NCBI GenBank assembly: GCA_010909165.1
Contig: MU008198.1
Span: 1 to 64,000, forward strand
Direction: 5' to 3'
From: Anthoceros angustus
Taxonomy: Eukaryota; Plantae; Anthocerotophyta
Length of the DNA stretch: 64,000 bases
The notes under the pieces: generated by a model
What the model was told of the DNA's origin: nothing
What the model saw: only the letters and a program-made list of their open reading frames with translations
Database searches by the model: none
Part shown: positions 62,046 to 64,000 of the stretch, piece by piece
Layout: each line of letters begins with the position of its first letter
How positions within the stretch are numbered: position 1 is the stretch's first letter
Translations under genes and position numbers: made by a program

Positions 62046-63605
62046 ATGGAGGTGGGCACCTTAAATCGCTGTCCCAGCGCGGATGGGCGGGCGCCGGTGG
62101 TGTCGGCGGGCTGGAGGAATGTGGCATGCCTGCATCCTGAATCGGTCCCATTTGGAGCTGCGGATTTGGGCGGGGCGGGTGGTGTGAGCAGGACTCCCGT
62201 CAGGCAAGGGCTTGTGCTCCTGGCTGGTGGTAGCGTCGCTCAGGTCTGGGCTGCTGAATGTTGGGAGCCCCTGCTTGCTGCAGCTCTTTTTTGCTGAGCA
62301 AGCGACTGTGTTGCCCACGCAGAGAGCGGCCAAGAGGAGTGGCAGAGTCGGGAGCGCAGTTTCCCTTTCCCCGAGAGCATCTTTTCCTTTGAAGCCGCCT
62401 CCTTACAAGATGGTAAGGCTGCTGTACTGTCGTGTGCTGTCTCTGGACTCTGGGGACTTGGGCGAGACCGACTTTGGTGAATTTGATACCAATCCGGTGC
62501 AGGATGCTTTGGAGCCGCTGATGAGCAAACGCACTTTGGAGTACCACTGGGGAAAGCACCACAAGGGGTACTATGACAACTTGAACAAGCAGATTGAGGG
62601 GACTGATCTGGGAGGGAACACGTTGGAGGAGGTCATCAAGCTCTCCTACAACAATGGCAACCCTCTTCCTGTCTTCAACAACGCCGGCCAGGTACGTGCA
62701 TTCGCAGTTGCATTGCTTTGCTTTGCTTCTTGCAGGTCCTCGAGTCTGGTTGCGTCGTCTGACGGTGCTGAGGTAGGCAGGCTGTCGATGATGCAGGCAT
62801 GGAACCATGACTTCTTCTGGCAGTCCATGAGACCTGGCGGTGGTGGCAAGCCAAGTGGAGAAATTTTGAACCTTATAGAGCGGGATTTTGGTTCTTTTGA
62901 GCAGTTTGTCAGTGAGTTCAAGCAAGCGGGTGCTACGCAATTCGGCTCTGGTTGGGCCTGGCTCGCATGTCAGTACATCCATTCCTTCTCTTCTCATGCT
63001 CATTCTCTTTCAGTGCTGTGGTGTGGTGGAAGCAACGTGGCCGTGTTGATTGTGTTTTCAGTGAAGAAGGAGAAACTGGTTGTCGAGAAGACGGCGAATG
63101 CTTTCAATCCGCTCATATGGGGCCACATTGTAAGTAACTCGTCAGGACCTTCTCCCGATCCAGTAAGCCGTCGCTACTATCTTCACACAGTCTACTAAAC
63201 TTGCCCCTGTCGTGTTGCAGCCTCTTCTGACCATGGATGTTTGGGAGGTAAGGGCCTGCCAGGCACCGTGATATCGTGCTCCACTCCTTTTCCACCTGTA
63301 TTCATTTCTTTTCTTTGTTGCCCGACTAACATGCTCCATGTCACATCCACCGACAGCATGCGTACTACTTGGACTACCAGGTACACAATCTCGTCTCCCT
63401 TCCCTTCCGTCTTCTTCATGTGCTAGCTTGGCTGTGTACAAGAGGCTCTGAAACTATAGACTTTTCCTCTCTTTTGTAGAACCGACGGGCAGACTACATC
63501 AACACTTTTGTCGACAAGCTAATCTCATGGGAGGAAGTGACTGCTCGCCTTCAGCGGGCAAAGGCATTCGTGAACCTTGGAGAACCGGAAATCCCCGAGG
63601 AATGA
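62046..63605 (+). CDS. FSD3: Chloroplast iron superoxide dismutase, FSD3-type
   Basis: Transit peptide, [63 protein letters not shown] and C-terminal [11 protein letters not shown] as in FSD3. Confidence 0.9.
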
Positions 63606-64000
63606 GGACTAAGACCCTCAGAGTTTTGGAAAGAATTGAGTTACATAACTCAGCACAGCATAGCTCAGCTTTACCGTCGGCGTTATGTTGATATCCCCTG
63701 GCCAGAGCCTTGGACCTAATAGAGGAGAGCATTGTACAGATTTCAGCACCCCGTCCTGTCGCACGGAACGGGGACCGTGTCACCGACTCTTCGTGAGCTG
63801 GCGACCATGCGGCCGGCCACGTTGGAGTAGAAGGGCACGTGGCTGAAATCGGCTTGTTGTCCACTTGTCAACCAATCCCCGTGCCGTTGTTCTTCCTGCC
63901 AGCTGCTGCTTCATAGATATGGCAGCGAGCCGGATGAGCGTTCGGTGACCACTCTCTTCAGGCACAGCTGCAAGCGCAATCTCTGCACATCCTGTGAACC

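Noticed and set aside
1-64000. tRNA, rRNA or snRNA genes, and prokaryotic operons or defence systems
   Set aside because: No cloverleaf, rRNA or snRNA signatures were seen, and the recognisable genes are plant nuclear types, mostly with spliceosomal introns.

Overview
This window is eukaryotic nuclear DNA from a land plant, not prokaryotic. Gene density is high, introns are mostly 80-110 nt and GC is roughly balanced, which suggests a compact bryophyte-type genome such as a hornwort (inference). Bases 1-4250 are a repeat and transposon-derived block. The rest holds about 14 apparently intact genes: At5g64816-like, At1g08530/At5g09995-like, TMEM87/GOST, AhpC/TSA thioredoxin (At1g21350-like), pseudouridine kinase, glyoxal oxidase, 2OG-Fe(II) dioxygenase, C2-GRAM-VASt, DUF707, PDIL2/PDIA6, NDUFA2, RINGLET, TNO1-like and FSD3-like Fe-SOD. 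There is also a 5'-truncated GH29 fucosidase pseudogene next to a degraded Ty3/gypsy remnant, a second TE nest at about 34.9-37.3 kb, and a ~956-bp tandem duplication. Gene models were spliced by eye and family names come from remembered motifs, not a database search. I found no tRNA, rRNA or CRISPR, and no convincing new multi-gene system. The best leads are an intergenic miRNA-like foldback (31141-31525), an exon triplication in DUF707, the frameshift on the fucosidase nucleophile, and the duplicated non-coding segment upstream of RINGLET.
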